A DNA stretch of 64,000 nt from an uncultured Nitrososphaeraceae archaeon (GCA_963825865.1 CAWGVG010000029.1:126545-190544); one strand, 5' to 3'. Shown: positions 11,646-22,113, numbered from the stretch's first letter. A program made the numbers and translations. Notes: generated by a model not told the origin, from the sequence alone.

Positions 11646-11990
11646 TTTCCTTTAGAATTCTAGAAACAAAAAGTGCATCTCCTTTAGTACTACCATTGAG
11701 CAAAATCATGTGCTATTCTTTCTTCTCTTATTTAGTATAGGTACTAGTAGCCTAGAATATTTTTCATGTATATATGAAGGAGTTACAATAATGATTATGT
11801 CTGCATCTGTTGCAGCCTCTTCCAAATTCGTTGTTGCTTTTAGATTAACAAAACCTTCTCCAAGTTTCCCTGAATATTGCAAACCGCCTTTTTCTAAGAT
11901 GGGTTTAATATGGCTTGGTGCATAAGCAGAACAAAGGAAAACATCAAAACCCTTTAATGTCAATTCAGCAGCACAAGCGCAGCCAGGGTC
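11646..11990 (-). pseudogene. Opine/octopine dehydrogenase-like N-terminal fragment
   Basis: GCACAAELTLKGFDV...ATTNLEEAATDADIIIIVTPSYIH...ILLNG; both ends missing. Confidence 0.65.
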
Positions 11991-12080
11991 CGCTATACAA
12001 CATATGATAGATTCGCTTAGTCCCTTGACGTGACTTGACGTTAACCAGTTCATCAGCCAACACTGCAACAAATAATAAAG

Positions 12081-12536
12081 ATGACGTTCAAAGCCAAACA
12101 AAGGACTCCGAAAATGGACATCAAACGAAGCGGTTCACAGCCTTCCACCAAAGGGTCGGCTGAGTATTTCACCGGCAGCGTGCGCATTGACCCCCTGTTC
12201 CAAGCAAACGATCCAGCGCGGGCGGTCGGCGCCAGTGTCACGTTTGAGCCTGGCTCCCGTACCGCATGGCATACCCACCCGCTGGGCCAGATCCTGATCG
12301 TGACGGCTGGTTGCGGTCTAGTACAGCGCTGGGATGGCCCGGTCGAAGAAATTCATCCGGGTGACGTGGTTTGGATCCCGCCTGGTGAAAAGCATTGGCA
12401 TGGTGCCACGGCGACAACGGCCATGACCCATATCGCCATTCAGGAACAGCTCGATGGCAAGACGGCCGACTGGATGGAAAAGGTCAGCGACGAACAATAC
12501 CAGGGTGGTCGTCAAGATAACAAGCGATATGGCTAG
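12081..12536 (+). CDS. Cupin-domain protein (probable start 12114)
   Basis: [58 protein letters not shown]; GC-rich codons; AAGGA about 9 nt upstream of ATG 12114. Confidence 0.9.
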   Translation: MTFKAKQRTPKMDIKRSGSQPSTKGSAEYFTGSVRIDPLFQANDPARAVGASVTFEPGSRTAWHTHPLGQILIVTAGCGLVQRWDGPVEEIHPGDVVWIPPGEKHWHGATATTAMTHIAIQEQLDGKTADWMEKVSDEQYQGGRQDNKRYG

Positions 12537-12710
12537 GAGGCCTCATACACATTCATTCCGTGATGAAAGAATGAAGGATGAATTCCTCGACATAATATGG
12601 TGATGTTGGACGCTACCGTGTTAGAAGTTTTCATTGCTGCAATTCGTTGCAAAAAATACCTTGTCCGTAAATAACAGAAGCAGCATAAATCAACCACGGA
12701 GAGATAAACA

Positions 12711-13030
12711 ATGGCTACAACGGAAGCTAGATTGGAAGATCAAAAATCAAACTCGCCAACAACAACTAAGGCTGGTTCATCGCAACGGTCGCTAGTATTA
12801 GCTATCGTGACTTTGGAGCAGTTCATGGTAATAGTAGATTCTACGATCGTGCAGGTTGCCTTGCCCTCAATTGGAAGAGAATTTGGTGTATCTGTCAATG
12901 GATTGCAATGGATAGTTACTGCTTACGGCTTGGCTTTGGCAGGCTTTCTGATGCTTAGTGGGCGTGGGGGGATATCTACGGTCACAAGAAGTTGTTCATC
13001 ACAGGAGTTCTACTGTTTTCTCTGGCCTCA
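12711..13030 (+). pseudogene. DHA2-type MFS transporter, N-terminal fragment
   Basis: QFMVIVDSTIVQVALPSI, LQWIVTAY...LSGR.GDIYGHKKLF; stops after about 3 TM helices and joins unrelated Ser/Gly-rich sequence. Confidence 0.8.
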
Positions 13031-13258
13031 CGACGCCAGCAATGATAAATCATTCAGCAGCAAGGACAGCAGCGCCAGCAAGGGCGAGCAGCGGCGGCAG
13101 TCACGGTCACCCCAGCGGCTAAGTTTGAGATAAAAATAAACAGTAGAATTAGACTATGCGCTGCAAGTCTAATCTAAGTTCTTTAACAGTGGTTTTTTGA
13201 CCTCCTCATTGAGAAGAGGTAAGGCAATTTCAGACTCCGTATTTTAAGAGACAAATAA

Positions 13259-13798
13259 TCACTTATTATTAACCTTATTATCTTGCTGATTTGAACTGTC
13301 AAAACTGTTATTTGGAAGTTTATTTAGTGGTGCATTGGTAATACCCATCCAATAATAGATTACAGATCCTTGCCATTTGATCCTAAAAACTGCGAATGTC
13401 GAATTCTTCACTTTTTGTAGAAAATTTATGAACTCATCATCACTTAGAAGTATGTGGATATTTTTAATTGCTCGGGCCGCCCAATGGTCGTCGTCAGCAG
13501 CAGGTATTGTTAGGTCAATACAATCCTTGGGGGGATTTGGTACTTTAATTGCATAAAGATAATTTTTATTTTTCGTCCAGTTATTTACCACTAATTCCTT
13601 CAGCCATAAAATGAGTGGAGTTTCCAATTTCTTAAGTTGAATGGACTTGTCTATGGGATTATTATTATTATGTTGATGAATTTCCACTATTCTTTTGGGA
13701 TCACATATGTGACTCATTTTGAGTATTCCTCCTTTTCCAACATATTTTGAAAAACGGACTTCTTCTACTTCTATATCCAGGCAATCGTTGCATACCAT
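13259..13798 (-). CDS. Hypothetical protein (CxxC...HxC)
   Basis: 179-aa ORF starting VCNDCL...SHICDP; may be the frameshifted continuation of 13810-14271. Confidence 0.6.
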   Translation of the reverse strand: MVCNDCLDIEVEEVRFSKYVGKGGILKMSHICDPKRIVEIHQHNNNNPIDKSIQLKKLETPLILWLKELVVNNWTKNKNYLYAIKVPNPPKDCIDLTIPAADDDHWAARAIKNIHILLSDDEFINFLQKVKNSTFAVFRIKWQGSVIYYWMGITNAPLNKLPNNSFDSSNQQDNKVNNK

Positions 13799-13809
13799 CC
13801 CCCTATAGC

Positions 13810-14271
13810 CTAAAATGTCCTTAGGATCAATCGTGGTTGATGGCTTATGATATTCCTAGAATCACCACTGTTAAATGTTGCTCGCTGATGGCGTATGTAG
13901 TATCTGCTGCCTGCAATATTATGCTGTTGTTGATGTGAAACAGGACGAGATACTTGGCTTAACAAATTCTTAAATTCGACTGCTTTCCGAAGTGGTTCAA
14001 GAAGACGGTCGACAAAATCATATGCTTTGTATGGAGAGTTCTTCTGTTTTTGATGCGGAAAGGACATCGAGAACGGATGCGGAGTAGGAGGAAGATGATA
14101 AGACAGAGGAAAATGGGGAATTTGTGGATTCATCTTTGTAAGATATTGTATTGTATGTTGGTCGCTGACAGGCTGGCCAAATCCATTATGGCTTCTTTCT
14201 AGATGGCGTAGTACATTCCAGTGCCTTGAAGATGACATCTCGCAATTAGGACATCTCCATTGCGTTTTCAT
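13810..14271 (-). CDS. C2H2 zinc-finger hypothetical protein
   Basis: WRCPNCEMSSSRHWNVLRHLERSH. Confidence 0.65.
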   Translation of the reverse strand: MKTQWRCPNCEMSSSRHWNVLRHLERSHNGFGQPVSDQHTIQYLTKMNPQIPHFPLSYHLPPTPHPFSMSFPHQKQKNSPYKAYDFVDRLLEPLRKAVEFKNLLSQVSRPVSHQQQHNIAGSRYYIRHQRATFNSGDSRNIISHQPRLILRTF

Positions 14272-14542
14272 TGATGTCTGCTTCCTATGTGGGGCCTAAA
14301 CACCTGCTCCGGAGTAACTTGGAGTCACTCCGTCTAAGGAATCATGGTAATACATTATAGAATATTTATCGAAAAAGTCATATATATATTGTTTCTAGGT
14401 TAATGTGATAGAACATTAGGGAGGGGGCGATGAATAATAAAAATAAGATTAAAAAAATTAACATTATTCCTTGACTATGTTATAATTTAACACAACAATA
14501 GAATTAAAGGGAGCTTCATCTTCTGCAAATTAAAGCATATGT

Positions 14543-16030
14543 TTGAGGACGTTCTATAAGAAGATGAGCAGTTATGAAGATATAATGAAACTTGCCCTAG
14601 AAAGGGGTTTTTACTTCCCAAGTTGTGAAATTTATGCCGATGCTCCAGCGGGATTCTGGGAGTATGGTCCAACAGGAGTCAGCATGAAGAACAAGTTCAT
14701 TGAGCTATGGAGAAGGGAACTTGTGAGACGGGACGGAATGATTGAAATTGATGGCTCTCAAATTATGAGCAAGAGTGTTTTTGTTGCTTCTGGACACATT
14801 GGCAACTTTACAGATCCTATTATCAAATGTATTAAATGCAATTCGACTTTTAGAGCTGACAGATATATAATAGAAAAGACTGGCGAGAACGTTCCCGAAA
14901 GGATGTCTGACGAAGAGATGAATGCAATTATCAAGAAACATGAGTTGAAGTGTTCAAATTGTGATGGAGAATTTGGTAGCGTTAGTCGATTTAATATGAT
15001 GTTTAAAGTCGGAATTGGTCCTGCTTCAGAAGAGGCATATCTTAGACCAGAAACCTGCCAGACAATATTTGTTGATTTTGCTCGAATTTTCAAAACTATG
15101 CGAGGTAAATTACCCTTAGGAATAGCCCAAGTTGGCAAAAGTTTTAGAAACGAAATAGCCCCAAGGCAGAGTCTGCTGAGACTAAGAGAATTTTATCAGG
15201 CAGAGATTGAAGTGTTTTGCAATCCTAGTAAATTAAATAATCTGGCAAGGTTTGAAGAAGTTAAAGATGTTGTATTAAGATTTTATGACCAAGAATCAAT
15301 TATTGAAGTAACAGCAGCTGAAGCTATAGCAAAGGGCCTATTACCAAACACGCTAGTTGGATATTATCTTGCTCTTTTAAGTGAATTCTATGCAAAAACT
15401 GGGATAGATATGCGACGAACTCGTTTGAGACGGTTATCTGACATCGAAAAGGCGTTCTACGCGTCAATTGCATTTGATTATGAAGCTGAAACAAGTATAG
15501 GGTGGTTGGAACTTGTTGCATGTAATTATCGATCAGATTATGACCTCAAACAGCATGCTGCTACAAGTAGACAGAATCTCCAAGTAATTGACTCTTCTGA
15601 TCAGACAAAGGTCTTGCCGCACATCTTTGAGCTTTCAATGGGGATTGATAGAAGTATTTATGCGATTTTGGAACATTCTTACTATGAGGATAGAGAACAT
15701 GATGATAGAATTGTGTTAAAGCTCAAACCTTACCTTGCTCCAATGCTTGTCGGAGTGCTTCCTCTCATGACAAAACAAGGATTAGGGGAAAAGGCGCAAA
15801 AAATTTATTCTAATCTTAAAAGGGAATTTGATATTTTTTATGACGAATCAGGATCAATAGGTCGAAGATATAGAAGATTGGAGGAAATCGGGGTGCCTTT
15901 TGCAGTAACAATTGATAAAATAACAATGGAAGATGATACTGTTACAGTTAGATATAGAGATACAATGCAGCAGGAAAGAATTAAAGTGTCTGAATTACAG
16001 CAGTTTTTGCAAAACGCTCTTCAAATGTGA
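14543..16030 (+). CDS. glyS: Glycine--tRNA ligase (archaeal/eukaryal type)
   Basis: GFWEYGP, SGHIGNFTDP, YLRPETCQ, GKSFRNEIAPRQ, SIGRRYRR anticodon-binding domain. Confidence 0.97.
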   Translation: MRTFYKKMSSYEDIMKLALERGFYFPSCEIYADAPAGFWEYGPTGVSMKNKFIELWRRELVRRDGMIEIDGSQIMSKSVFVASGHIGNFTDPIIKCIKCNSTFRADRYIIEKTGENVPERMSDEEMNAIIKKHELKCSNCDGEFGSVSRFNMMFKVGIGPASEEAYLRPETCQTIFVDFARIFKTMRGKLPLGIAQVGKSFRNEIAPRQSLLRLREFYQAEIEVFCNPSKLNNLARFEEVKDVVLRFYDQESIIEVTAAEAIAKGLLPNTLVGYYLALLSEFYAKTGIDMRRTRLRRLSDIEKAFYASIAFDYEAETSIGWLELVACNYRSDYDLKQHAATSRQNLQVIDSSDQTKVLPHIFELSMGIDRSIYAILEHSYYEDREHDDRIVLKLKPYLAPMLVGVLPLMTKQGLGEKAQKIYSNLKREFDIFYDESGSIGRRYRRLEEIGVPFAVTIDKITMEDDTVTVRYRDTMQQERIKVSELQQFLQNALQM

Positions 16031-16374
16031 ATAGGCTCGCTGGATTTAACAATAATAAAGAAACAAGAATATACTTCTGAGACTCCGATATTGATGGATA
16101 TATACATTCATAATGTAGAAGAATAGTGTCGCAAGACCTGGAGATATATGAAATGTATCTCCCAAACTTCTTGGAGCTTAAGTGTGACTATGATGTCAAC
16201 TTTCACAGGTCGCACTGGATGATAACATACCTAGAAAAGGAAATGCTAACCCTTACTAACATTAATCCGCTCCATATAACCTAAACAATTTCGAGAATTA
16301 CTAGTAGTAGTTAGTAGAAAGGCATTATCCGCAAGAGTTTAATCTGAAAAACTATAACAATACTATAGTATATT

Positions 16375-16791
16375 TTGAGTGAAAATCGAAAACAGAGAAA
16401 GGTCCAGGAGAAGAAACCTACGCTCAACGAAGATAGGATTTTGCCATCTGAAAAATGGCTTGTAGCATTTAAGAACCCTAATTCAAAGAAGAAGCCAGAA
16501 GCATTTGTTTTTATAAGACAGTTTTATGCACCTGGTTTTTATGAAGCATATGATACGGTTGCAACCTATGCAGAGAAGTTAAAACTCCACATTTTGTGGT
16601 TCAAAGAAAAACGGAACTGTGGTTATACGTATATCAATCGCAATTATCCTCAATTAGAATCCTTTTGTACTTATTGTAATAATAAATTCAATCATATTGA
16701 TCCTATTCCATGTTCAAAAGAGGATTGTCATGCAGAGTTTTGTTCAAAGGAATGCGTGATAGATCATTATAAAATGAGACACAAAAAATAA
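16375..16791 (+). CDS. Hypothetical protein with C-terminal Zn-binding cluster
   Basis: FCTYC...PCSKEDCHAEFCSKECVIDHYKMRH. Confidence 0.7.
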   Translation: MSENRKQRKVQEKKPTLNEDRILPSEKWLVAFKNPNSKKKPEAFVFIRQFYAPGFYEAYDTVATYAEKLKLHILWFKEKRNCGYTYINRNYPQLESFCTYCNNKFNHIDPIPCSKEDCHAEFCSKECVIDHYKMRHKK

Positions 16792-17064
16792 GGAAATGAT
16801 TAAGTTTTGCAGAAATTTGATAATTTCAAGATATCCCAAATAATCTGTCATTGAATCCTTCTTTGGCAAATTCCTAACAACAATACAATGATAAGTTATT
16901 GACTATGAAAGATATAGATGAAATTCTTCCATTTTCATTTTCCTGCTCTTATTATGTATGGTATATTAGGTAATCTCCAGTCATAATTCAATTTAAATTA
17001 GCGGAGCAGTCACAATTAAGTTAATATTTAAAATGCAGAATTAATTCATAATATAATGAATTGA

Positions 17065-17304
17065 GTGAAAGCAAGATGTGGTCATGCCATAGAGAAGTCC
17101 CATGCACAAAACTCATGGCGCATATGCAGAAAGTGTCATTCTAACTCAGTTCCTACTAGAACTAGAAGGAAAATATGGAGAGAATGCATTAATAGAGTAT
17201 TGGTATGCAATGATACTAGTTATCTATCAAATACTAAAGAGGACGTAAAGTGTTTCACGGATCATTTAATTGACTTTTGTCAGCGAAAATTAATTGAATT
17301 TTAA
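17065..17304 (+). CDS. Small Cys/Arg-rich hypothetical protein
   Basis: RCGH...ICRKC, 79 aa. Confidence 0.4.
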   Translation: MKARCGHAIEKSHAQNSWRICRKCHSNSVPTRTRRKIWRECINRVLVCNDTSYLSNTKEDVKCFTDHLIDFCQRKLIEF

Positions 17305-17587
17305 TTAAAGTGGAGTTATATAAAGAAGATGCTATACACGTTGCATTCACTACAAGAACCATTTAATTCAGAAGCTTTAAGATGATCAACATTTGCTCAG
17401 ATAGTGGTAGCACACACGTACGGTTGATTTATATTCATTCATCCATCTACTTTGATCTATTATCCATTGATCCACTTTTTATTTCTTTGAACAACACTTC
17501 TTCTATTATTAGTTATTCTCTATTTTACTATATCATGTCGACACTATAACCAATAATACTTTGGCAAACCATTTCTGATCATATCCT

Positions 17588-18451
17588 GTGGCTACTAAAG
17601 ATGATGACGAAGACGACGACAAGAAGGATCCTTTCTCTGACTGGACAGTTCTTATACACAAACCAGTGTACTCTGTTGACGAAAAAAAGCTTGGATTTCT
17701 TAGAAAAACATCCTCAGATTATATGGTCGTAGGACGAGGACTCGTCAACTTAACAAAGTATTTTATCCCAAAGTCCCTTGCTGAGTCGGTTAGCAAAAAA
17801 GGTATAAAATTAAAGATTACAGCCTATGAAGCACATTCAAAGTATTCCTATGCAAAAATGAAAAATTTCCTTTCTACTTATGGATTCATTTCAAGGTATA
17901 ATGTAGAACATAGGATATTCTATGATAGATTCCAGACTCTAAAACACAGTACTACTAGGAATAGATTAGCAGCAGGAGTTGCATTTGTTTCAGGAATTCT
18001 CCTTTTGATTTCAGGATACAAGGCAACCTTGACAATTTATAGTTTAGTTCAACAAGAAATTATGATGCACACTTCCACACAATTTTGGATGTTGATATTG
18101 GTCCCAGTTGGAACTCTATCTATATTAAGCCAGCTTGGAGGCATTACTGTACTTATGGGAGCAGCATTGTTTGCTGCAAAAAGAGTAAACATTGGGAAGT
18201 TTTTGCTATCAGTTGGAACAGGTCAAGGATTACTCACTATTGCCTTTCACATTGCGTCTGAGATATCATCTGGTAGGCTACTGGCAGTTGGAAATAACTA
18301 TATTGTATGGCTAACATCATCAGTGGCAGGACTAGGAATACTATTTGCAGTGATAGCTCAATCGCTCTCAAAAGGAAAAGGTGATAGTATTATCTCAAGG
18401 GCAGTAAGTTTTGTATTAAGAAAGAATAAAGAAAAAACAAAAGAAGATTAA
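17588..18451 (+). CDS. Membrane protein with an N-terminal PRC-barrel-like soluble domain
   Basis: KPVYSVDEKKLG...KYFIPKS N-domain followed by about 4 TM helices. Confidence 0.7.
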   Translation: MATKDDDEDDDKKDPFSDWTVLIHKPVYSVDEKKLGFLRKTSSDYMVVGRGLVNLTKYFIPKSLAESVSKKGIKLKITAYEAHSKYSYAKMKNFLSTYGFISRYNVEHRIFYDRFQTLKHSTTRNRLAAGVAFVSGILLLISGYKATLTIYSLVQQEIMMHTSTQFWMLILVPVGTLSILSQLGGITVLMGAALFAAKRVNIGKFLLSVGTGQGLLTIAFHIASEISSGRLLAVGNNYIVWLTSSVAGLGILFAVIAQSLSKGKGDSIISRAVSFVLRKNKEKTKED

Positions 18452-18622
18452 AAAAATAGCGTAGTGCAAGGACTGGTTCAATGTATGGCTTATTGTTTTT
18501 TCATCATCATAATCTCTGCCGGATATCTTTTGTTCTTTAGTTTTTATTGCAACTGCTAGCTCTGCTGCTGTTATATCAATTTTCAATAGGTAAATATCAA
18601 GGTAAAAAAATTAACATAAGTA

Positions 18623-18799
18623 ATGAAGACTCTGAGTATTGAAGAGCATACACACAGAAGGCTTGCCGCTGTGCTTGACGAAATTATGCATTATAAAAAA
18701 CGCGATATTAATTATGATGACGTTATAAACGAACTAATTGATATTTACCAGGAAAGTAGATGGGGTCACATTGGATCTGATATTGTTGCTGGTGGCTAG
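18623..18799 (+). CDS. Small ribbon-helix-helix/antitoxin-like protein (absent from the ORF track)
   Basis: MKTLSIEEHTHRRLAAVLDEIMHYKKRDINYDDVINELIDIYQESRWGHIGSDIVAGG*, 58 aa with a beta-alpha-alpha pattern. Confidence 0.65.
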   Translation: MKTLSIEEHTHRRLAAVLDEIMHYKKRDINYDDVINELIDIYQESRWGHIGSDIVAGG

Positions 18800-19089
18800 T
18801 CCGCAGGTTAAGGAATAAGGAAATATCTTAATTTGTTATATGTATATATTATCACTTGTGTAATAAATCCATAATATATAATAATAATTGTAGAAAATAT
18901 TGTAATCTTTATAGGAAATTGCCTGACAACTATGGTCATCCTACTTTTTAAAAATCCAACAATCTTTTCCCTTTCCCATGATACCACAATATTCCCGACA
19001 TTTTCCCTTACAAGTCCGAGAATATATTAAAGAAATAAGAGGTACAACGCCGTATCATTTAAAACGTCCTTTTCAGTCTTAGAAAATCT

Positions 19090-19335
19090 GTGAATATTGT
19101 AAAAATTATAAAGTCAGACAATGAAATTAAACTGAGCCTTTACGATGATGATACTCTTAATTTGCTTGAATCAGAATCATTTGCAGATACTTCTACGATA
19201 AATTTTTACCTTCAAACACTCCCGAGAAGGCATAAAATTAAAAAAGCACTTTTGATAGTGCATGATAAAAATAAGAACTCGGTTAATATGATTATTGCAG
19301 AAGATGAGAATTCATTCTTTATAGAGGAAAATTGA
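19090..19335 (+). CDS. Hypothetical protein
   Basis: 81-aa ORF with typical composition, preceded by a TTTAAAA TATA-like box. Confidence 0.55.
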   Translation: MNIVKIIKSDNEIKLSLYDDDTLNLLESESFADTSTINFYLQTLPRRHKIKKALLIVHDKNKNSVNMIIAEDENSFFIEEN

Positions 19336-19513
19336 CATGACCGTCACCAAACAAGTTTGAGTTCATTTAAACATGGCTAAGCATAGGTCCAAGACTAGGA
19401 TAGTAGATATGATATATCCAAAATTCCTGCTGATATCGCAGCCTGAGTGTGGTGAGTATTAGACGAACCAGGGAGGATATTGAACTTACTTATTTGATAG
19501 TGATTCGTTACCG

Positions 19514-19840
19514 TTACCTGGAGAACGTTGTGTTTCTATCATTCTTCTTTATAATTTTAAGATCTTCTTTGTTTTGTATAAAATTTCTTCTTGCAATGGC
19601 TACTTTCATTGCACTATGGCAAATTGGACATTCAGCCCATTGACGACCACCAAAGTATTGCCATTCAAAAGCACATTTTTTTGCATAAGTACATTTGATC
19701 CAAATACCTCGTCTTGGGCCCTTTATCCAATCATCTTGCAGAGGCTTGCGTGCCCGGCGGGCGGATCGAGGAGCTCTCTTATTTAGAGATTGGTTATAGG
19801 GACCAAAGTAATCCTTCATAGTGTAGATGATATCTTTCAA
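19514..19840 (-). CDS. Basic zinc-ribbon hypothetical protein
   Basis: IKCTYAKKCAFEWQYFGG..WAECPICH; Arg/Lys-rich. Confidence 0.65.
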   Translation of the reverse strand: MKDIIYTMKDYFGPYNQSLNKRAPRSARRARKPLQDDWIKGPRRGIWIKCTYAKKCAFEWQYFGGRQWAECPICHSAMKVAIARRNFIQNKEDLKIIKKNDRNTTFSR

Positions 19841-20033
19841 TACATTAAATGGTTACTAATGATGGCAAAATCCAAAATAAGGTAACTGATTAAAATTGCC
19901 TGTTAGTCTATTCCAATGAGTTTATAAACGTGTGAAAATTGATGATTTGTATATTATATATATATCTATGGCATTTACTGATTAAGTCAACTTTATCAAA
20001 TGATTCATTGATTAATGATCAACCAGGAAAGTA

Positions 20034-20244
20034 ATGCAGTGCCAAGCTGAAGGCTTTGTATCAGATGAAGATTGTAAAGTTGAAAAACTCATTCAGTTTA
20101 TTACAGCAACCGCATTGAAGACAATATCAAAAACAAATGATGTATAAAGTGTAGTAAGGTTCTATATGTCATACATGCAAACATTGTAGTGATTGCAATA
20201 CGAGATATTGTGTCATGTGCGGACGTACATTAACTATTAGATAA
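20034..20244 (+). pseudogene. Frameshifted small multi-CxxC protein
   Basis: Segments CIKCSK, CHTCKHCSDC and YCVMCG in adjacent frames. Confidence 0.4.
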
Positions 20245-20448
20245 GATAGCATTAGATAGCATTCTGAATTATTGTAACACATTTATTATATCTCCAAATC
20301 TAATTCCTGATACTTCAGCAGGTGTTTTACCAATCCAACCGTAGGGTGATCACATGTACTCATTTAAATTTGATATCTTGTTAAATCGTAAGATCAATCC
20401 CAATAGCTTAAAATTGTCTTTTTGTGAATCAGATATTAATTAAAAACC

Positions 20449-21183
20449 ATGCGTTATTATATTAAATGCAAGTTAAATCCTGAACAAAGACAAAGACTAG
20501 CCAAATCTATAAGTTCGGGCGCCTTAGCAAAAGGGGAAATATTTTATGAAGGAATGCAAAATGCATTAAGAGAAGCAACAATAGATGAAAATGATATAGT
20601 ACATTTTGTTGAGATCTGCTATTGTTTGGAAGGTGGTTTGTATCCTATGGCAATGGAAATCCCTGTATTGAAGGAAAACTTTGAGGATATTGTGCAAGTA
20701 AAGGATGCCCGCCTTAGAGATCAATGTACTATGGAGTGTGAATTCTGTGATTGTACACGATCTATGAAATTGCCCGGCAAACCATTACTAGATGAGCTTC
20801 ATATTAAAACTAGCGTAAAAGGTAATAATGATAGAGTGGTGAATTTTATTGATAACGGCAGAATAAAGCTCAACAGAAAGAAGCAGAAGGAAGGATTAGA
20901 TGGACTTAGAGGTATCCATGTTGATGACGATAATAATAATAACAATAATCGAAAGAAAAAACCAGTATTTGCCGGAGCTGCAATCTCTGGATTGTTTGCG
21001 ATTTTTTATGACAAAAATGATGATGATTATTTCAGAGTAAAGAATATTCCAGATAGCAAAGAAGCTCGCCAAATATTTGCTAATGCTTTTGGATTGAAAA
21101 TTAGCGACAGCACAGAAAGTATGAAATCAATAGCAGCAAGAAGCTCGCTTGCACAAAGCGATAAGCGCTCTAACGTTGTTTAA
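20449..21183 (+). CDS. Cys-rich hypothetical protein
   Basis: 244 aa; HFVEICYC...VKDAR...CTMECEFCDCT N-terminal domain plus a second domain. Confidence 0.75.
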   Translation: MRYYIKCKLNPEQRQRLAKSISSGALAKGEIFYEGMQNALREATIDENDIVHFVEICYCLEGGLYPMAMEIPVLKENFEDIVQVKDARLRDQCTMECEFCDCTRSMKLPGKPLLDELHIKTSVKGNNDRVVNFIDNGRIKLNRKKQKEGLDGLRGIHVDDDNNNNNNRKKKPVFAGAAISGLFAIFYDKNDDDYFRVKNIPDSKEARQIFANAFGLKISDSTESMKSIAARSSLAQSDKRSNVV

Positions 21184-21507
21184 TGCTATATATGCAATAT
21201 GATCATTAGATTTCTGCTCACTATACTCATGAACCTGATTTCATTATTATATCTCTATGATATTGTATCTAATTTTTACTGACTTTATAAATCCTAACAA
21301 AGGTTAAGGATAAGTACTTCTTAAAAGGAATTTTTTATTTGTAGGCTGAATCATTTCCTGTCAAGACCCATTGTAGCCTCTTTGAAGGTCCCTATGCATA
21401 TGGCTACTGAGCAAGCCCAGTCACTTCGACCATAAAGTCACCATATACTGATCGTTCTATCTGCATTTTTAGTACTTTGATCTTAAATTATAAAGGTTTA
21501 ATATTAA

Positions 21508-22113
21508 TTAGATTGTCTTTTTGTCTATTGTGCAGCTCTTAGTCAGTTTGTTACTTATTGAATATAGTGCCCATACCAAAAGAGCTATGGAAACAATACG
21601 CAGAGGGGTCTGATAATTTGAGAGAAAGGTCGATGCTGTTACGCCTACTCCACCAAATGTGGAAACAAGGAGAAAACCAATTGATGAACAACTTGCACAT
21701 GTGCTTGAAATCACACTTAAAGTCGAGCCTGAAAAAAATGAACCAACACCTATCTTCAAACCTCTTGAATGTTTCAATACATATACATTCATGCTTACAA
21801 TCATCCCCATAAGGACTGCTGTTATACTAGAAATAATGAATCCTAATACTGCATCATCAGGTAAATAAAATACAAAGACTGGGGTGAAAAAGAGTAGTTG
21901 GTCAAAAACACTAAATATAATCCAGAATATTGACGACACTACTGCTGCCAAAGCAATGTATAGCCAATTCGAAAGGAAGACCATTTTTATTATTGAAAAG
22001 AAAATAAGGAAAGGTCGTCGCAATAATAATAACAATCCTGTTCTCAGTGAGGTGGATGTTCTTATCGATTTACTTTTCTTATTCTCTCTTTCCAATTGCC
22101 TTAACCACCTCAA
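21508..22113 (-). CDS. Four-TM membrane protein with an intramembrane CxxC
   Basis: Hydrophobic helices with STCASCSSIG and a C-terminal KSC; overlaps the DsbA stop by 4 bp. Confidence 0.8.
   Translation of the reverse strand: MRWLRQLERENKKSKSIRTSTSLRTGLLLLLRRPFLIFFSIIKMVFLSNWLYIALAAVVSSIFWIIFSVFDQLLFFTPVFVFYLPDDAVLGFIISSITAVLMGMIVSMNVYVLKHSRGLKIGVGSFFSGSTLSVISSTCASCSSIGFLLVSTFGGVGVTASTFLSNYQTPLRIVSIALLVWALYSISNKLTKSCTIDKKTI

Noticed and set aside
2400-14500. Integrated provirus or integron-like cassette array
   Set aside because: No integrase, tRNA target, flanking direct repeats or recurring attC-like sites were visible.
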